From positions 320,001 to 384,000 of the forward strand of contig JBKAGE010000078.1 in NCBI GenBank assembly GCA_046290225.1: a DNA stretch of 64,000 nt. The letters are read 5' to 3'. Positions 32,242-42,870 of this stretch are shown here, in pieces. This stretch comes from Bradymonadia bacterium (GTDB taxonomy: Bacteria > Myxococcota_A > Bradymonadia > UBA7976 > UBA1532). How positions within the stretch are numbered: the stretch's first letter is position 1; each line of letters begins with the position of its first letter. The notes beneath the pieces were generated by a model. The model saw only the letters and a list, made by a program, of their open reading frames with translations, was not told where the DNA came from and did not search any database. A program made the translations under genes and the position numbers.

Positions 32242-33642
32242 TTGGCTGCCTCAAGTCGCCGCGTCGCCTACCGCGCCGCTCGCATCCTCTCCCCAGATTT
32301 GCAGTGGCGCACTGATGCCCACCTTGTCGTAGAGGATGGCTGTATCGTCGGCATCATCGATGATGCCCCCCACGATACGTCAGTGGTCGATCTCGGCCCG
32401 TGCGCCATCGTGCCCGGGCAAATCAACGCCCACAGCCACGCCTTCCAGCGTGGCATCCGCGGCTTGACCGAGGGGTTGCCTGACGCGTCCTCGACCCATG
32501 ACGACTTCTGGACCTGGCGAACACAGATGTACCGCCTGGCCCTGAACTGTCAGCCTGAAGACGTGCGGGCCATCGCCCAGATGGCTTTTGTAGAAATGGC
32601 GCTCTCGGGCATCACCGCTGTGGGTGAGTTCCACTATGTGCATCACCAGCCAGACGGCACGCCCTACGACGACGTCAACACGCTCGCCCACGCGGTCATC
32701 GAGGCCGCGCGCACAGCAGGCATCCGCATCACGTTGCTGAAGGTGGCCTATGAGCGGGCGGGGCACGGTCGTGATCCGAACCCGGATCAGCGTCGCTTCT
32801 ACTCTGACGTCGATGACTACATCGACTCGGTGGAAGCGCTCCACGATCGCTGGGCGGGCACTGAAGGTGTGCACGTCGGCGTCGCCCCACACAGCGTGCG
32901 GGCTGTCGGTCGAGAGACCCTGAAGCGGATCGCGGAGTACGTCAACGGGCGCCCTCAGCCTGCCCATATCCACGCGTGCGAGCAGACTGCCGAACTGGAG
33001 CAGTGCGACGCTGAGTACGGGATGGGCCCGGTGCAGCTCCTCGAGGACGTGGGCTTTCTGAATCGAGGGGCCACCCTCGTACACGGCATCCACCTCGACG
33101 CAGGGGCCCTCGAGCTGCTCGAGCGCGCTCAGGCCACCGTCTGCGCATGCCCATCGACTGAGCGCAACCTCGGCGATGGCGTGGTGCCCGCCTTCGAGCT
33201 GATGTCTCGTCAGGTGCCGATCTGCCTCGGCTCCGACAGCCACACCCTCATCGACCCCTGGGCAGAGATGCGGCAAGTGGAGTACCACGAGCGCCTGCTT
33301 CGGCAACGCCGCAATGTGCTGGCTCGATTCCACCCATCGGGCCAGACGGCGCGGTCGCTGTGGCCCATGGGCACCACCCACGGCGCGCAGGCCATCGGTC
33401 AGCGTGGTGGGGCTCTCTCCCCTGGCAGCCCTGCGGACTTCGTAGCCCTCGACCTCGAGCACGTGGCCCTCGCCGGAGCCTGCTCTGGTGATCTGCTCGC
33501 CGACATCGTCTTCTCGATGCCCAATGGGGCCGTCCGCGATGTCTATGTGGGGGGCCGGGCCATCGTTCAGGGCGGCGTGCACCCCCTGGCCCGCCGCACG
33601 GTCAAGGCCTTCGCCCAGGTCATGACCGGCCTGCGAGCCTGA
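32242..33642 (+). CDS. hutF: Formimidoylglutamate deiminase
   Basis: NAHSHAFQR, DFWTWR..MY, VGEFHYVHH, APHSVRAV, HIHACEQ, CPSTERNLGDG, GSDSH. Confidence 0.92.
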   Translation: MAASSRRVAYRAARILSPDLQWRTDAHLVVEDGCIVGIIDDAPHDTSVVDLGPCAIVPGQINAHSHAFQRGIRGLTEGLPDASSTHDDFWTWRTQMYRLALNCQPEDVRAIAQMAFVEMALSGITAVGEFHYVHHQPDGTPYDDVNTLAHAVIEAARTAGIRITLLKVAYERAGHGRDPNPDQRRFYSDVDDYIDSVEALHDRWAGTEGVHVGVAPHSVRAVGRETLKRIAEYVNGRPQPAHIHACEQTAELEQCDAEYGMGPVQLLEDVGFLNRGATLVHGIHLDAGALELLERAQATVCACPSTERNLGDGVVPAFELMSRQVPICLGSDSHTLIDPWAEMRQVEYHERLLRQRRNVLARFHPSGQTARSLWPMGTTHGAQAIGQRGGALSPGSPADFVALDLEHVALAGACSGDLLADIVFSMPNGAVRDVYVGGRAIVQGGVHPLARRTVKAFAQVMTGLRA

Positions 33643-33768
33643 TCGGTACAGGCAGGCCGCCTCGAAGCCAGCACCAGTGGCCCCTGGGTCCAGAAGGTGG
33701 TACGGCTGTCTCAGTTTCAGGCTCAGCGCGCGCTTGCTTCTGGGCCCAGGTCCGACTCGGAGTTCTTG

Positions 33769-35934
33769 ATGGAGAACACGTCGCTCCCCCTGAGCGTACA
33801 GGGTGGCCTCGACTGGGTGCTCTGGCGCCTCAAGCGATACATCGCGCGCTACGGGCATCGGATGGTGCAGGCGAGCGGTACGCTCAACAACCTGTACGTG
33901 AGCCTCGACGAGGTCCGTGGGCTCACCGGGGCGGCGACCCTCGCCTCTGCAGATGCTGCGCGCCAGGGCATCGCCGGCTTGCCCAGCGTTCAGGTGGTGG
34001 ATGCCGCGATGGCCACCATGTCGAACGACTGGCTCACCGCTGATGGCCCCCTCTTCGATTTGCGGCGCCGATTCGAACTCACCGATGACGACGTGAAGCT
34101 GCTCATCGTCAGCCTGGCCCCCACCCTCTCGGTGGATCTGTCCCGGCTGTACGGCTTCGCCTGGGCAGACTTCTCGGTGAAGCAACCCACCGTGGGGTTT
34201 CTGTTGGAGCTGATCGCCGACGATCTCGCCGGCGCGTCCCGGCTCTCTGCCCGAGTGCACGGTGACGCCCCTCTGGTGAAGGGTCGCCTCATCGAGCTGT
34301 TCGACACCCAAGCCTGGGGCTCTCCCTCACCACGGCTGCATCAGGGTGTACGACTCCCGGAGTCGGTGGTGGACTTCATCTGCGCCCGCCCGCCGGCCCT
34401 GCCAAGGGGTCTCGGCGTGTTCTGTCGGCACGAGCGCGCAGAGGATGCACCTGACCCGTCGACGCCTCTGGCCCTGAGCCCGGGCCTCAGCGCGCGCTTG
34501 GGGCAGCTGGTGGCCCGTGGACTCTCGGACCAGGGCCTCCCGTTGCGCATGTTGCTCAACGGCCCCCGAGGCACGGGGCGCCGCACGTCGCTGGCCCAAT
34601 GGATGGGTCGCTATGGCTGGGGGCTCATGGTGGTCGATCTCGGCGCCTTGGCACCCCCAGAGGGCCAAACGCCGGCGGTGGACAAGCTCGCAGGTCACCT
34701 CGCCGACATCGGCCGTGAGGCGCTGCTCCATCGCTGTGGGCTGCTGTTGCGCACTGAGGACATGCCCGGTGAGAGCACGGCAGCCACTGGGGTGCTCACC
34801 GCCGTGGGCCAGGGGCTCGGCGGGTTCACGGGCCCCCTCGCCGTGAGCGCCACTCGGGCGCCCCGTGGGCTGCACAATCAGATCAGGCACCTCATCGAGC
34901 TCGACTATCACATCCCCGAGACATCGACTCAGCGCGCGCTGTGGACCGACGCTGTGCAGCGGGCGGACTGCCGCGCCGACGACACCCTCCCTGATCAGCT
35001 GGCCCGACGCTTCACCGCGCCACCAGGCACCATCTACACTGCAGTGCGAGACGCTGTCGCCCAGGCCAAACAGCAGACCCGAGAGACCCCCCGCATCACC
35101 ATCGATCAGATCGCCCTGGTGATCAGGCAGCAGGTGGATCACGCCCTCGCTGCGGTGGCGGAGCCCTTCGCCACCACCCTCACCTGGGATGACGTGGTGC
35201 TGCCGGAAGAGGTGGAGTCGGCCCTCATGGAGGTGAAGGCTCAAGCGCGGTTCCGAGAGAAGGTCTTCGATGACTGGGGCTTCCGCCGCAAGATGTCCTA
35301 CGGCCGCGGGCTGAGCTGCCTCTTCACGGGCCCCCCGGGTACCGGTAAGACCATGATGGCGGCGATCCTCGCCCAGAGCCTGGGCCGCGAGATCTATCGC
35401 GTGGATCTGTCACGGGTGGTGAGCAAGTGGATCGGTGAGACAGAGAAGAACCTGGCCCGCGTCTTCGACGAGGCAGAGAAGGCCCAGGTGATGTTGCTCT
35501 TCGACGAGGCCGACTCTCTGTTCTCGAGCCGTACGGAGGTGAAGGGGTCGAACGATCGCTTCGCCAACATGGAGATCAACTATCTATTGCAGCGCATGGA
35601 GTCGTACGACGGCATGTCGGTGCTCACAACGAACTTCGAGAAGAGCATCGACGAGGCCTTCAAGCGCCGCATCCGGTTCCGCATCCACTTCACGCTGCCC
35701 GACGCCGACGAGCGCGCCCGCCTGTGGAAGAGCATGATGCCGGAAGGCATGCAGTTGTCCGACGGCATCAAGTTCGAAGCGCTGGGGAAGAAGTTCAAGA
35801 TCGCTGGCGGCAACATCAAGAACGCGGTGTTGCGGGCGGCCTTCTTCGCTGCTGAAGGCGACGGGGTGATGACCCACGAGCGTCTGGATAAAGCGGCTGT
35901 TCTGGAGATGCGGGAGATGGGCCGGTTGATCTAG
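33769..35934 (+). CDS. Tandem AAA+ ATPase (Afp15/Pvc15-like architecture)
   Basis: N-terminal RFEL..D..LL...AP region, degenerate GPRGTGRRT, intact [43 protein letters not shown]. Confidence 0.88.
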   Translation: MENTSLPLSVQGGLDWVLWRLKRYIARYGHRMVQASGTLNNLYVSLDEVRGLTGAATLASADAARQGIAGLPSVQVVDAAMATMSNDWLTADGPLFDLRRRFELTDDDVKLLIVSLAPTLSVDLSRLYGFAWADFSVKQPTVGFLLELIADDLAGASRLSARVHGDAPLVKGRLIELFDTQAWGSPSPRLHQGVRLPESVVDFICARPPALPRGLGVFCRHERAEDAPDPSTPLALSPGLSARLGQLVARGLSDQGLPLRMLLNGPRGTGRRTSLAQWMGRYGWGLMVVDLGALAPPEGQTPAVDKLAGHLADIGREALLHRCGLLLRTEDMPGESTAATGVLTAVGQGLGGFTGPLAVSATRAPRGLHNQIRHLIELDYHIPETSTQRALWTDAVQRADCRADDTLPDQLARRFTAPPGTIYTAVRDAVAQAKQQTRETPRITIDQIALVIRQQVDHALAAVAEPFATTLTWDDVVLPEEVESALMEVKAQARFREKVFDDWGFRRKMSYGRGLSCLFTGPPGTGKTMMAAILAQSLGREIYRVDLSRVVSKWIGETEKNLARVFDEAEKAQVMLLFDEADSLFSSRTEVKGSNDRFANMEINYLLQRMESYDGMSVLTTNFEKSIDEAFKRRIRFRIHFTLPDADERARLWKSMMPEGMQLSDGIKFEALGKKFKIAGGNIKNAVLRAAFFAAEGDGVMTHERLDKAAVLEMREMGRLI

Positions 35935-35954
35935 CTCCGCCGCTACGGCGGTGC

Positions 35955-37034
35955 TTATGGCAAGCAGAGACCGCCGCCGCCGGCGTCCTGGCAGGTCAGA
36001 CCTTCGGGGCAACCCTCAGCCGAGCCGATGTTCTCGCAGAGCACACCACAGAAGATGTCGTTGCCACCCTGGAGGCCCAACACGCAGGCGCCCATGCCGT
36101 CGGCGCAGGGCATGCCCATCATCTCCTGGGAGCACTCAGGGGCGCAGAAGCCGGGCTGACCCTGAGCGAAGGTCAGGCAGGCAGCGCCGGCCATGCAAGC
36201 CTCCTCGGCGTTCTGGCCGCAGACGCTGTAGTTGGGCAAATCACCCGTGGGCACCTCGGCGCAGACGCCGAGGGGCGTGCCGTCGGGCAGGGTCTGGGGC
36301 TGGCCGTCGGGGCCAGCGATGCCCACGCACTGCTCAGCGTCACCGCAGAGATCAGTGCACTGGCCGGGGATGCACACCTGCAGGCAGATGTTGCTCATGC
36401 CGTCGGGGGACACACACGCACCGCCCTCACCGCAGGTCTCGGCGTCCATGCACTCGCCGCCGATGTTCATGCCCTCGGGGATCTGGGAGCAGTCCACGGG
36501 GTTGGGCATGTTGCCGCCGCCGAGGCAGGCCTGGATCTCGGCGCCACAGGCCTCCTGGAGGCACGCCTGATCCGCCTGGTCACAGCCGCTGTTCTGGAAG
36601 CAGGTGGCCACGTTGCCGAAGAGCTGCACAGCCTCGGCAGAGCTGTTGTCGACACAGTCCTGCTGGCAAGCCTCGTCGGCACACTCGCTCAAGCAGGCGT
36701 TGAGATCGGCACAGCTGGTGATGGAGTCACCACCGCCACCGCCACCGCCACCGCCGCCAGCACCGCCAGGCTCACCGCCAGCGCCAGCCTCACCACCCGC
36801 GCCACCGTTGCCGCCGACGATCATGCCGCCGCCGGCGCCAGCCTCGCCGCCACCAGCACCCGCAATGCCGCCACCAGCGCCGCCGATGGCACCACCGGCA
36901 CCCGCGGCGCCACCACCGGCACCAGCGGCGCCGCCGCCAGCGCCGCCGACGCCGCCGTCGGCGCCGTCGCTATCTTCCTCACAACCCCATGCAGCCAGGG
37001 TCAAACAGGCCAATACGGCGAGTCGCTGAGCCAT
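35955..37034 (-). CDS. Cys-rich lipoprotein with long Gly/Ala linker
   Basis: Lipobox AWGC, GAGG repeats, many CxxxC motifs; GGAGAAGGAG upstream. Confidence 0.8.
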   Translation of the reverse strand: MAQRLAVLACLTLAAWGCEEDSDGADGGVGGAGGGAAGAGGGAAGAGGAIGGAGGGIAGAGGGEAGAGGGMIVGGNGGAGGEAGAGGEPGGAGGGGGGGGGGDSITSCADLNACLSECADEACQQDCVDNSSAEAVQLFGNVATCFQNSGCDQADQACLQEACGAEIQACLGGGNMPNPVDCSQIPEGMNIGGECMDAETCGEGGACVSPDGMSNICLQVCIPGQCTDLCGDAEQCVGIAGPDGQPQTLPDGTPLGVCAEVPTGDLPNYSVCGQNAEEACMAGAACLTFAQGQPGFCAPECSQEMMGMPCADGMGACVLGLQGGNDIFCGVLCENIGSAEGCPEGLTCQDAGGGGLCLP

Positions 37035-37179
37035 TCGTGACACTTCGGTGCTCCTTCTCCAGACCGGTTCCATGCCGGCACGTTGCCATCGCCAGCCAGA
37101 GTTGGTCGGAGGCGGCGAATAGCGGTACATACCTCCGAAACATGGTTCAACTCAACTTGACAGCGCCAAGGTGCAACAA

Positions 37180-37866
37180 ATGACCCTCTTCACCCCCCTG
37201 CCCCCCCTCGGGGCCATCTTCGACATGGACGGCTTGCTCATGGACAGCGAGCCTCATTGGCGGCAAGCGGAGCTCGAAGTCTTCCGCCCTCTCGGCGTGC
37301 CTCTCACCGAAGAGATGTGCCTGCAGACCATGGGCCTGCGCATCGACGAGGTGGTGCAGTACTGGCTCGATCGCCACCCTTGGGCCGATCCCGACATCCC
37401 CGCAGTGGCGGACCAGATCGTGGAGCGCCTGGTGGTGCGGATTCTCTCTGAGGGCGAAGGGCTACCTGGGGCAGTCGAGGCGGTGCGTCGCTGCAAGGCT
37501 CGGGGGCTGCGGATGGCGTTGGCCACCTCAGCGCCGAAGTCGGTGATCCCGGCCACTCTGACCGCGCTGGGCATTCAAGACGCCTTCGAGGTGCTGTGCT
37601 CTGCAGAAGATGATGCGCTGGGCAAGCCCCACCCTGCTGTCTATCTGCGGGCCGCCGAGAGCCTCAGGCTGCCTCCGCAACGCTGCCTGGCCTTCGAGGA
37701 CTCCATCAATGGCATGGTGAGCGCTCGAGCGGCGCAGACCATCGTCATCGCCGTCCCCGGGCCGGAAGGTCGAGGCCGCCCGGAGTTCAGCCTCGCAGCG
37801 CAGACGCTCCACTCGTTGGAGACTGTCGACGATGCCTGGCTCGACGCCCTCGGGGTTGGTCGATAG
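37180..37866 (+). CDS. HAD-family phosphatase (HxpB/YniC-like)
   Basis: FDMDGLLMDSEP.W, ATS, GKPHPAVY, FEDS.NG. Confidence 0.92.
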   Translation: MTLFTPLPPLGAIFDMDGLLMDSEPHWRQAELEVFRPLGVPLTEEMCLQTMGLRIDEVVQYWLDRHPWADPDIPAVADQIVERLVVRILSEGEGLPGAVEAVRRCKARGLRMALATSAPKSVIPATLTALGIQDAFEVLCSAEDDALGKPHPAVYLRAAESLRLPPQRCLAFEDSINGMVSARAAQTIVIAVPGPEGRGRPEFSLAAQTLHSLETVDDAWLDALGVGR

Positions 37867-37869
37867 TCG

Positions 37870-38295
37870 CTACCAGGTGCCAGTGCTCTCCATCGACACC
37901 CAGGGCTCTGCCGGGGGCAGCGCCTCACCGGCTTGCAGCAGCTCTATGGAGATCTGGTCGGGCGAGCGGACAAAGGCCATCCGACCATCACGGGGCGGCC
38001 GCAGGATGGTCACACCAGCATCTCGAAGGCGGGTGCAGGTGGCATAAATGTCGTCGACGACGAAGGCGAGATGCCCGAAGTTCCGACCCCACGAGTAGGG
38101 CTCTTTCTCGTCCCAGTTGTAGGTCAGCTCGATTTGCCCATTGTCGCCCTCGGCCCCTGTCTCGAGGAACACCAGGGTGAACCTGCCCTTCTCGCTCTCT
38201 CGACGCTTCACCTCTTTGAGGCCGAGCAGCTCACAGAAAAAATGCAGGGCGGCGTCGAGGTCGTAGACCCGGACCATCGTGTGCAGAAATCGCAT
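37870..38295 (-). CDS. gloA: Lactoylglutathione lyase (glyoxalase I)
   Basis: [39 protein letters not shown]. Confidence 0.93.
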   Translation of the reverse strand: MRFLHTMVRVYDLDAALHFFCELLGLKEVKRRESEKGRFTLVFLETGAEGDNGQIELTYNWDEKEPYSWGRNFGHLAFVVDDIYATCTRLRDAGVTILRPPRDGRMAFVRSPDQISIELLQAGEALPPAEPWVSMESTGTW

Positions 38296-38343
38296 GAAGA
38301 CCTCGTGGCGAAGCAGATCCTCGCCATCCCTGGACAGAGAAGC

Positions 38344-39324
38344 TCAGCGACCGAACTTCTGGGTCCAGTAGTGCGTGTACGGTGAGCCCGGCTCTCGGGC
38401 ATAGCCGATGCCGATCTCGGTGAAGCTGCCGTTCATCATGTTCTGGCAGTGACCGGGAGAGTCGACCCACTGCTGAAACGTCGCCGCGGCAGAGCTGTTG
38501 CCCGCAGCGATGTTCTCGCCGCCGGCCTGGCCACGGTACCCCGCGTCAGCCATGCGCTGCCAGGGCGATCGACCGTCGCGGGAGGTGTGGTCGAAATAGC
38601 CCTGTCGGCCCATGTCCTGAGAGTGCAGTTGTGCAGCGCGCCTCAGCTCGGGCTGCATCGCGACCGGCCCTGCAGGGGGGAACTGTCGACCACCACAGTT
38701 GGCCCCCTCCGCCCTGAAGGCGTTGATCATGGGGATCATGGCGTTCTCTTCAGCGATCCATTCCGCGGGCCACTCACAGTCGCCGCAGTCCAGAGGACAG
38801 GTCTCACACGTCTCGTCGGGATCACACACCGCGTCCCCGCACTCAGATGGGCACGGGCCACAGTCCGCTGAGCAGCTCTCGCATGTCTCTTCTGGCGCGC
38901 TGCAGACTTGATCACCGCAAATCGGCGGACAGCGGCCACAGTCTTGCGGGCAGGTGCCACAGGACTCCGCGTCATCGCACAGATCATCTCCACATGTGGG
39001 CCCGGGCGGTGGTGCGGCGTCTGGCTCTGCGTCGGGTGGCGCGTAGATGAATGCGTCGGGCATGCCCTCGACGGAGCCACCCATGGGTGGAGGCGGCTCG
39101 AATGATCCGCCAGCGCCTCCAGAGGGCCCACCGATGATGCCCATGTCGGCCACCACTCTGGGCGCCTTCTGGTCATCGGGCACCTGCTCCCCTGTGGGCA
39201 AATCCCAAGCGCCCCCAGAGGGCCTGGAGGCCCCTGCGCTGAGCTGCCCCTCGCCACATGCTGTGAGCGCGAGGAGAGCGAGCAAAGAGACCGTGACGCT
39301 GGATGCTCGACAGAGAATTGACAT
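38344..39324 (-). CDS. CAP/SCP domain lipoprotein with Cys-rich repeats
   Basis: Lipobox LTAC; three CGD..C..E.C..C..DC repeats; AQLHSQDM, YFDH, GENIAAG, SPGHCQN, WTQKFG. Confidence 0.9.
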   Translation of the reverse strand: MSILCRASSVTVSLLALLALTACGEGQLSAGASRPSGGAWDLPTGEQVPDDQKAPRVVADMGIIGGPSGGAGGSFEPPPPMGGSVEGMPDAFIYAPPDAEPDAAPPPGPTCGDDLCDDAESCGTCPQDCGRCPPICGDQVCSAPEETCESCSADCGPCPSECGDAVCDPDETCETCPLDCGDCEWPAEWIAEENAMIPMINAFRAEGANCGGRQFPPAGPVAMQPELRRAAQLHSQDMGRQGYFDHTSRDGRSPWQRMADAGYRGQAGGENIAAGNSSAAATFQQWVDSPGHCQNMMNGSFTEIGIGYAREPGSPYTHYWTQKFGR

Positions 39325-39621
39325 GCAGGTCCCACCTCTCTCCAAGGCCGTGTGACATTCTGGTCCAAGGTCACCTGGAGAGGCAAGTCTCTGTTCGCAG
39401 GCGTGTCGCCCCTGACGACCGGCCAACTCAAGACCCCATGTAAAAAAAGCAGACCTCGTACGACACACCCATCGAGGACGTCACATATAGGTCGATGTAA
39501 AAGTCAGGGCCCTGAGAAAGACACAGGGTGGCTGATGTTGCACACTCTTTTGAACACAGGCGGTTCCCTCGCTAGCGTGAGAGAGAGCCCCAAGAGACAC
39601 CAGAAACACCAGAGGCCAGAT

Positions 39622-40164
39622 GTGAGCCGTGGCAAACTCTATACAGGCGGTCGCCTCAACCTGAATCTGCCCATGACTGTGGTGCAGACCATGGAGCGCG
39701 TGCGCATCAAACGCGAGGGCCGCATGGGGCTGCCTTCTGCGGCGGCGGACATCTATCGCGAGGCCCTCGCCCGAGGCCTAGCACAGATGGAGGCCGAGGA
39801 AGACGCTACACGGCCGAACAACACCTCTGAGCCCAAGATGTCCAAGGCCGACGCCGACGCCGCCCGGCGACAGCTCGCGCACCCGATCCTGCTCCAAGAG
39901 ATGTCGACCGACCTCACGCCCTGGGACCAGTGGCGAGCCGCAGCGTGTAGCTGGGCAGAAGACACGTACAAAGATCGAACGATGGGCCGGCACATCGCCC
40001 TGGCCATCATCGACGCCTGGGCCGACGGCGAGAGGGAGATCGGCCCACGACACCTGCCACTCTCACTCTGGGGGGGTCGCGCCGACCGCCTACCCCGAGC
40101 CGAGCGCATTGCCGCTGCCTTGAAACAGGCTCTGCCCCCACCCACACCTCTCTTCGGGTTGTAG
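39622..40164 (+). CDS. Hypothetical protein with putative N-terminal ribbon-helix-helix domain
   Basis: GTG after AGAGG; RLNLNLP alternating strand, helix, then AADIYREALARGL helix as in CopG/MetJ folds. Confidence 0.55.
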   Translation: MSRGKLYTGGRLNLNLPMTVVQTMERVRIKREGRMGLPSAAADIYREALARGLAQMEAEEDATRPNNTSEPKMSKADADAARRQLAHPILLQEMSTDLTPWDQWRAAACSWAEDTYKDRTMGRHIALAIIDAWADGEREIGPRHLPLSLWGGRADRLPRAERIAAALKQALPPPTPLFGL

Positions 40165-40301
40165 GCCACAGCACACCTCTCGACAACCCCTCCCCCCTTC
40201 GAAGATGGCTCCAAACGGGGCATGCGCCTCCACACCCAACTGCGTACAGTATCACTCTTCTGATCGGGCGCCGGCTTACGCCCAAAACAACCGTGGATGG
40301 C

Positions 40302-40321
40302 GTCACGAAATTTTTCGTGAC
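40302..40321. promoter_or_regulatory. Palindromic operator-like site upstream of the protease operon
   Basis: GTCACGAAA-TT-TTTCGTGAC, perfect 9-bp arms, AT-rich, 65 bp before the first ATG. Confidence 0.55.
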
Positions 40322-40386
40322 AAAAAACCCGGCCGGCGGTCTGTGTATGGCCCCTGTGAGACTCAAACTACGGAGGCACAGACCCG

Positions 40387-40887
40387 ATGAACATGCGAAA
40401 CACCCTGCTCCCCCTCGCCCTGCTCGCTCTCTCTGCCTGTGGCGGCGCCCAGAAGCCCACCGTTCAGCCCTCGATTCAAGCGGGGCCCGAAGCGGTGAAG
40501 CCCGGTGGAGACAAGCCGGGTCAGTGGGGCTGCCCTTACTGTGCGGTGCGTGTGTGTGTCGCTGAAGACAAAATCAACGATCCCTCTGCCGAAATCGAAG
40601 ACATCCGAGTAGATCTACCCCTGTCAGAAGATTTTGCAGATCTCAAAATCGCGGAAGCGGACCTGATGATCTCTGATCCCGAGAAGGAGACCGGGTTGTC
40701 CGTAGAGGTCGATCACGAAGCCCTCTACGATGGCCCTGTCAGCTTGCCCGCCGAAGACCTGCCGCAGATGTCGGTGGGGGCGTGGAGCGATTCAGAGACG
40801 ATGGTCATGCTCACCGTGGAAGGTGACTCGGGCCCCGAGCTGGTGCAGGTGCCCGTGGAAGTCAAGGTGGAGACGTGTTCGCAGTGA
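40387..40887 (+). CDS. Small acidic lipoprotein with CPYC motif
   Basis: GGAGG upstream, lipobox LSAC, WGCPYC...C plus C-terminal Cys; coupled to the caspase gene by GTGA. Confidence 0.8.
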   Translation: MNMRNTLLPLALLALSACGGAQKPTVQPSIQAGPEAVKPGGDKPGQWGCPYCAVRVCVAEDKINDPSAEIEDIRVDLPLSEDFADLKIAEADLMISDPEKETGLSVEVDHEALYDGPVSLPAEDLPQMSVGAWSDSETMVMLTVEGDSGPELVQVPVEVKVETCSQ

Positions 40888-42812
40888 AGCGCTCAGGGCC
40901 ACGGTGGTGGTCCTTCGTCCTCGTGGCAGCTCTCGCACATTGGGGTTCACTCTGGGGCTGTGGGGCAACACCCAAGGCGCCTGCAGCGCCTCCCAAGCTC
41001 GCCCTGGTGGTGGGGATCAATCACTACCCGTCACCGCTCATCCCCGAGCTTGAGGGTGCCACACACGACGCGCGCAACTTCAAACAACTGCTCATCGAGC
41101 ACTATGGATTCGACGCCGCCGACGTGAAGGTTCTGACAGATGCTCAGGCCACTCGGGCAGGCATCTTGACGACCTTTCGCAGACATCTCGTGGAGCGAAC
41201 AGTGCCTGGTGCTCAGGTGGTCTTTCATTTCAGCGGACACGGCGCCCAGGTCTTCGACCGTTCGGGCGACGAGCCCGACCGCCTCGACGAAACCCTCGTG
41301 CCCTACGACGCACGGCGAAAGGGCGAGGCGGCCGGCGACATCCTCGATGACGAGATTCAGGGGCTGGTGAAGGCCATCGTCGCCCGTGGGGGGCACCCCA
41401 CCCTCATCTTCGACAGCTGTCACTCGGGGACCGCGGTCCGCTCAGGGCCGAAGGTTCGGGGCCTCGAGCTTCCCAAGGGGGTGAGCCCTGCAGCCCCTCA
41501 CCTGCAACCAGAAGACGAAGGCATGGAGATGCCCCGAGGGTACACCCTCGTCTCTGCGGCGGGCAGCGCTCAAAAGGCCCACGAGATCATCGACGGATCG
41601 GGGCAGGCCCACGGGGCCCTCACCTGGTTCCTCACCCGGGCCATTCGACAAAGCCATGGCCAAATCACGTGGCGCGCAGCAGTGAGTCGCGCCCAAGCTG
41701 ACGTCGCTGTGCACTTTCCCGGCCAACGACCTCGACTCGAAGGCGAAGGCCTCGATCAGCAGCCCTTCTCTACCCCCACGGCATCTCCGGTGGGACCCCC
41801 ACGCTACCTGGCGCGGGCCGTCACGGGATCTCAGAAGCAGCTGACCCTCAACGCCGGCAAGCTTCACGGTGTCGCCCGAGGGGCGCTGTACGGTCTGTAC
41901 CCCCTGGAGGCGATCTGGGCAGAGGAGTTGCCCCCTGAAGACGCTCAACTCGGCCGATTGCTGATCACTGAAGTGAACCCCATGGGGAGCACGGGCCGGC
42001 TGACAGGGGGTGACTGCCTCAAGGCCTGTCAGGCTGTTGAATTGTCGAGGCCTCTGACGCCCCACCCGCTCCCTGTGCGCCTCGATGGCCCCGAGGGTCA
42101 GTGGGATCCTTTGAAGAAGGCCCTCGAGCCCTGGGCGCAGGTGAAGGTCGTCGACGAGCCCCATCTCGCCCGGGCCATGCTCGCCACTTCCGAACAGGGC
42201 TTCACGCTGCAACTGCCTGCAGCAGGTGGGGTCGCTCAAGGGCTCTCTGTGGAGCAGGCCGTGGCGAAGCTGCTCCGATGGGCGCGGTGGTTTCACCTGA
42301 TGAACCTGCCCGACGGCGGTGACATCGGCGCCGAGATCACCCTCGATCCCCCCATCGTGGCCAACGCGGTGCCGCCGGGGACCCGCTTTACGCTCCAAGT
42401 GCAGAACAAAAGCCGCCGCCGGCTCTACCTGTCGGTGCTCTCGCTCTCCGACGAGGGTGAGATTACGCTCGTGTATCCCGCTCCCGGGGCTCAGGAGCAC
42501 ATCGATCCGGGCACCCGCTGGTCCAAGCCCATCCGCACAGTGCTCTCCAGGGACCGTGAGCAGAGCACAGATCTCATCCGAGTGGTCTTCACCCCGACAC
42601 CGCTCGATCTTGCTGCGGTGGAGCAGCCGCCTGAGCTGAGCACGCCGGGCACCCGTGGCCGGCCCTCCCTCGCCGGATGGCTGCTCTGGGGCGCCACCCG
42701 AGGGGGCCCGGTCTCGATGGAGACCCGAGATTGGAGTATTCGCAGCCTCGCGGTGACGGTGCGTCGCGAGGCGCCCCCTCTGCCCCCGAGAGTCGGCCAG
42801 GGCGAGGATTGA
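40884..42812 (+). CDS. Caspase-family (C14) protease with lipoprotein signal and C-terminal DUF4384-like domain
   Basis: Lipobox LWGC; ALVVGINHY, FHFSGHG (His), DETLVPYD, FDSCHSG (Cys), GALTWFL, Q.PRLEG; LYLSVLSL..GEITLVYP. Confidence 0.92.
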   Translation: MKRSGPRWWSFVLVAALAHWGSLWGCGATPKAPAAPPKLALVVGINHYPSPLIPELEGATHDARNFKQLLIEHYGFDAADVKVLTDAQATRAGILTTFRRHLVERTVPGAQVVFHFSGHGAQVFDRSGDEPDRLDETLVPYDARRKGEAAGDILDDEIQGLVKAIVARGGHPTLIFDSCHSGTAVRSGPKVRGLELPKGVSPAAPHLQPEDEGMEMPRGYTLVSAAGSAQKAHEIIDGSGQAHGALTWFLTRAIRQSHGQITWRAAVSRAQADVAVHFPGQRPRLEGEGLDQQPFSTPTASPVGPPRYLARAVTGSQKQLTLNAGKLHGVARGALYGLYPLEAIWAEELPPEDAQLGRLLITEVNPMGSTGRLTGGDCLKACQAVELSRPLTPHPLPVRLDGPEGQWDPLKKALEPWAQVKVVDEPHLARAMLATSEQGFTLQLPAAGGVAQGLSVEQAVAKLLRWARWFHLMNLPDGGDIGAEITLDPPIVANAVPPGTRFTLQVQNKSRRRLYLSVLSLSDEGEITLVYPAPGAQEHIDPGTRWSKPIRTVLSRDREQSTDLIRVVFTPTPLDLAAVEQPPELSTPGTRGRPSLAGWLLWGATRGGPVSMETRDWSIRSLAVTVRREAPPLPPRVGQGED

Positions 42813-42870
42813 CAGCGATATGCCTCTGGGTTGAGATCCCGAGGCGATTGCGTGACACGTGAGTCGGTAG

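Noticed and set aside
36720..36970. GC-rich quasi-repeats as a DNA repeat element
   Set aside because: They encode the Gly/Ala linker of a lipoprotein.
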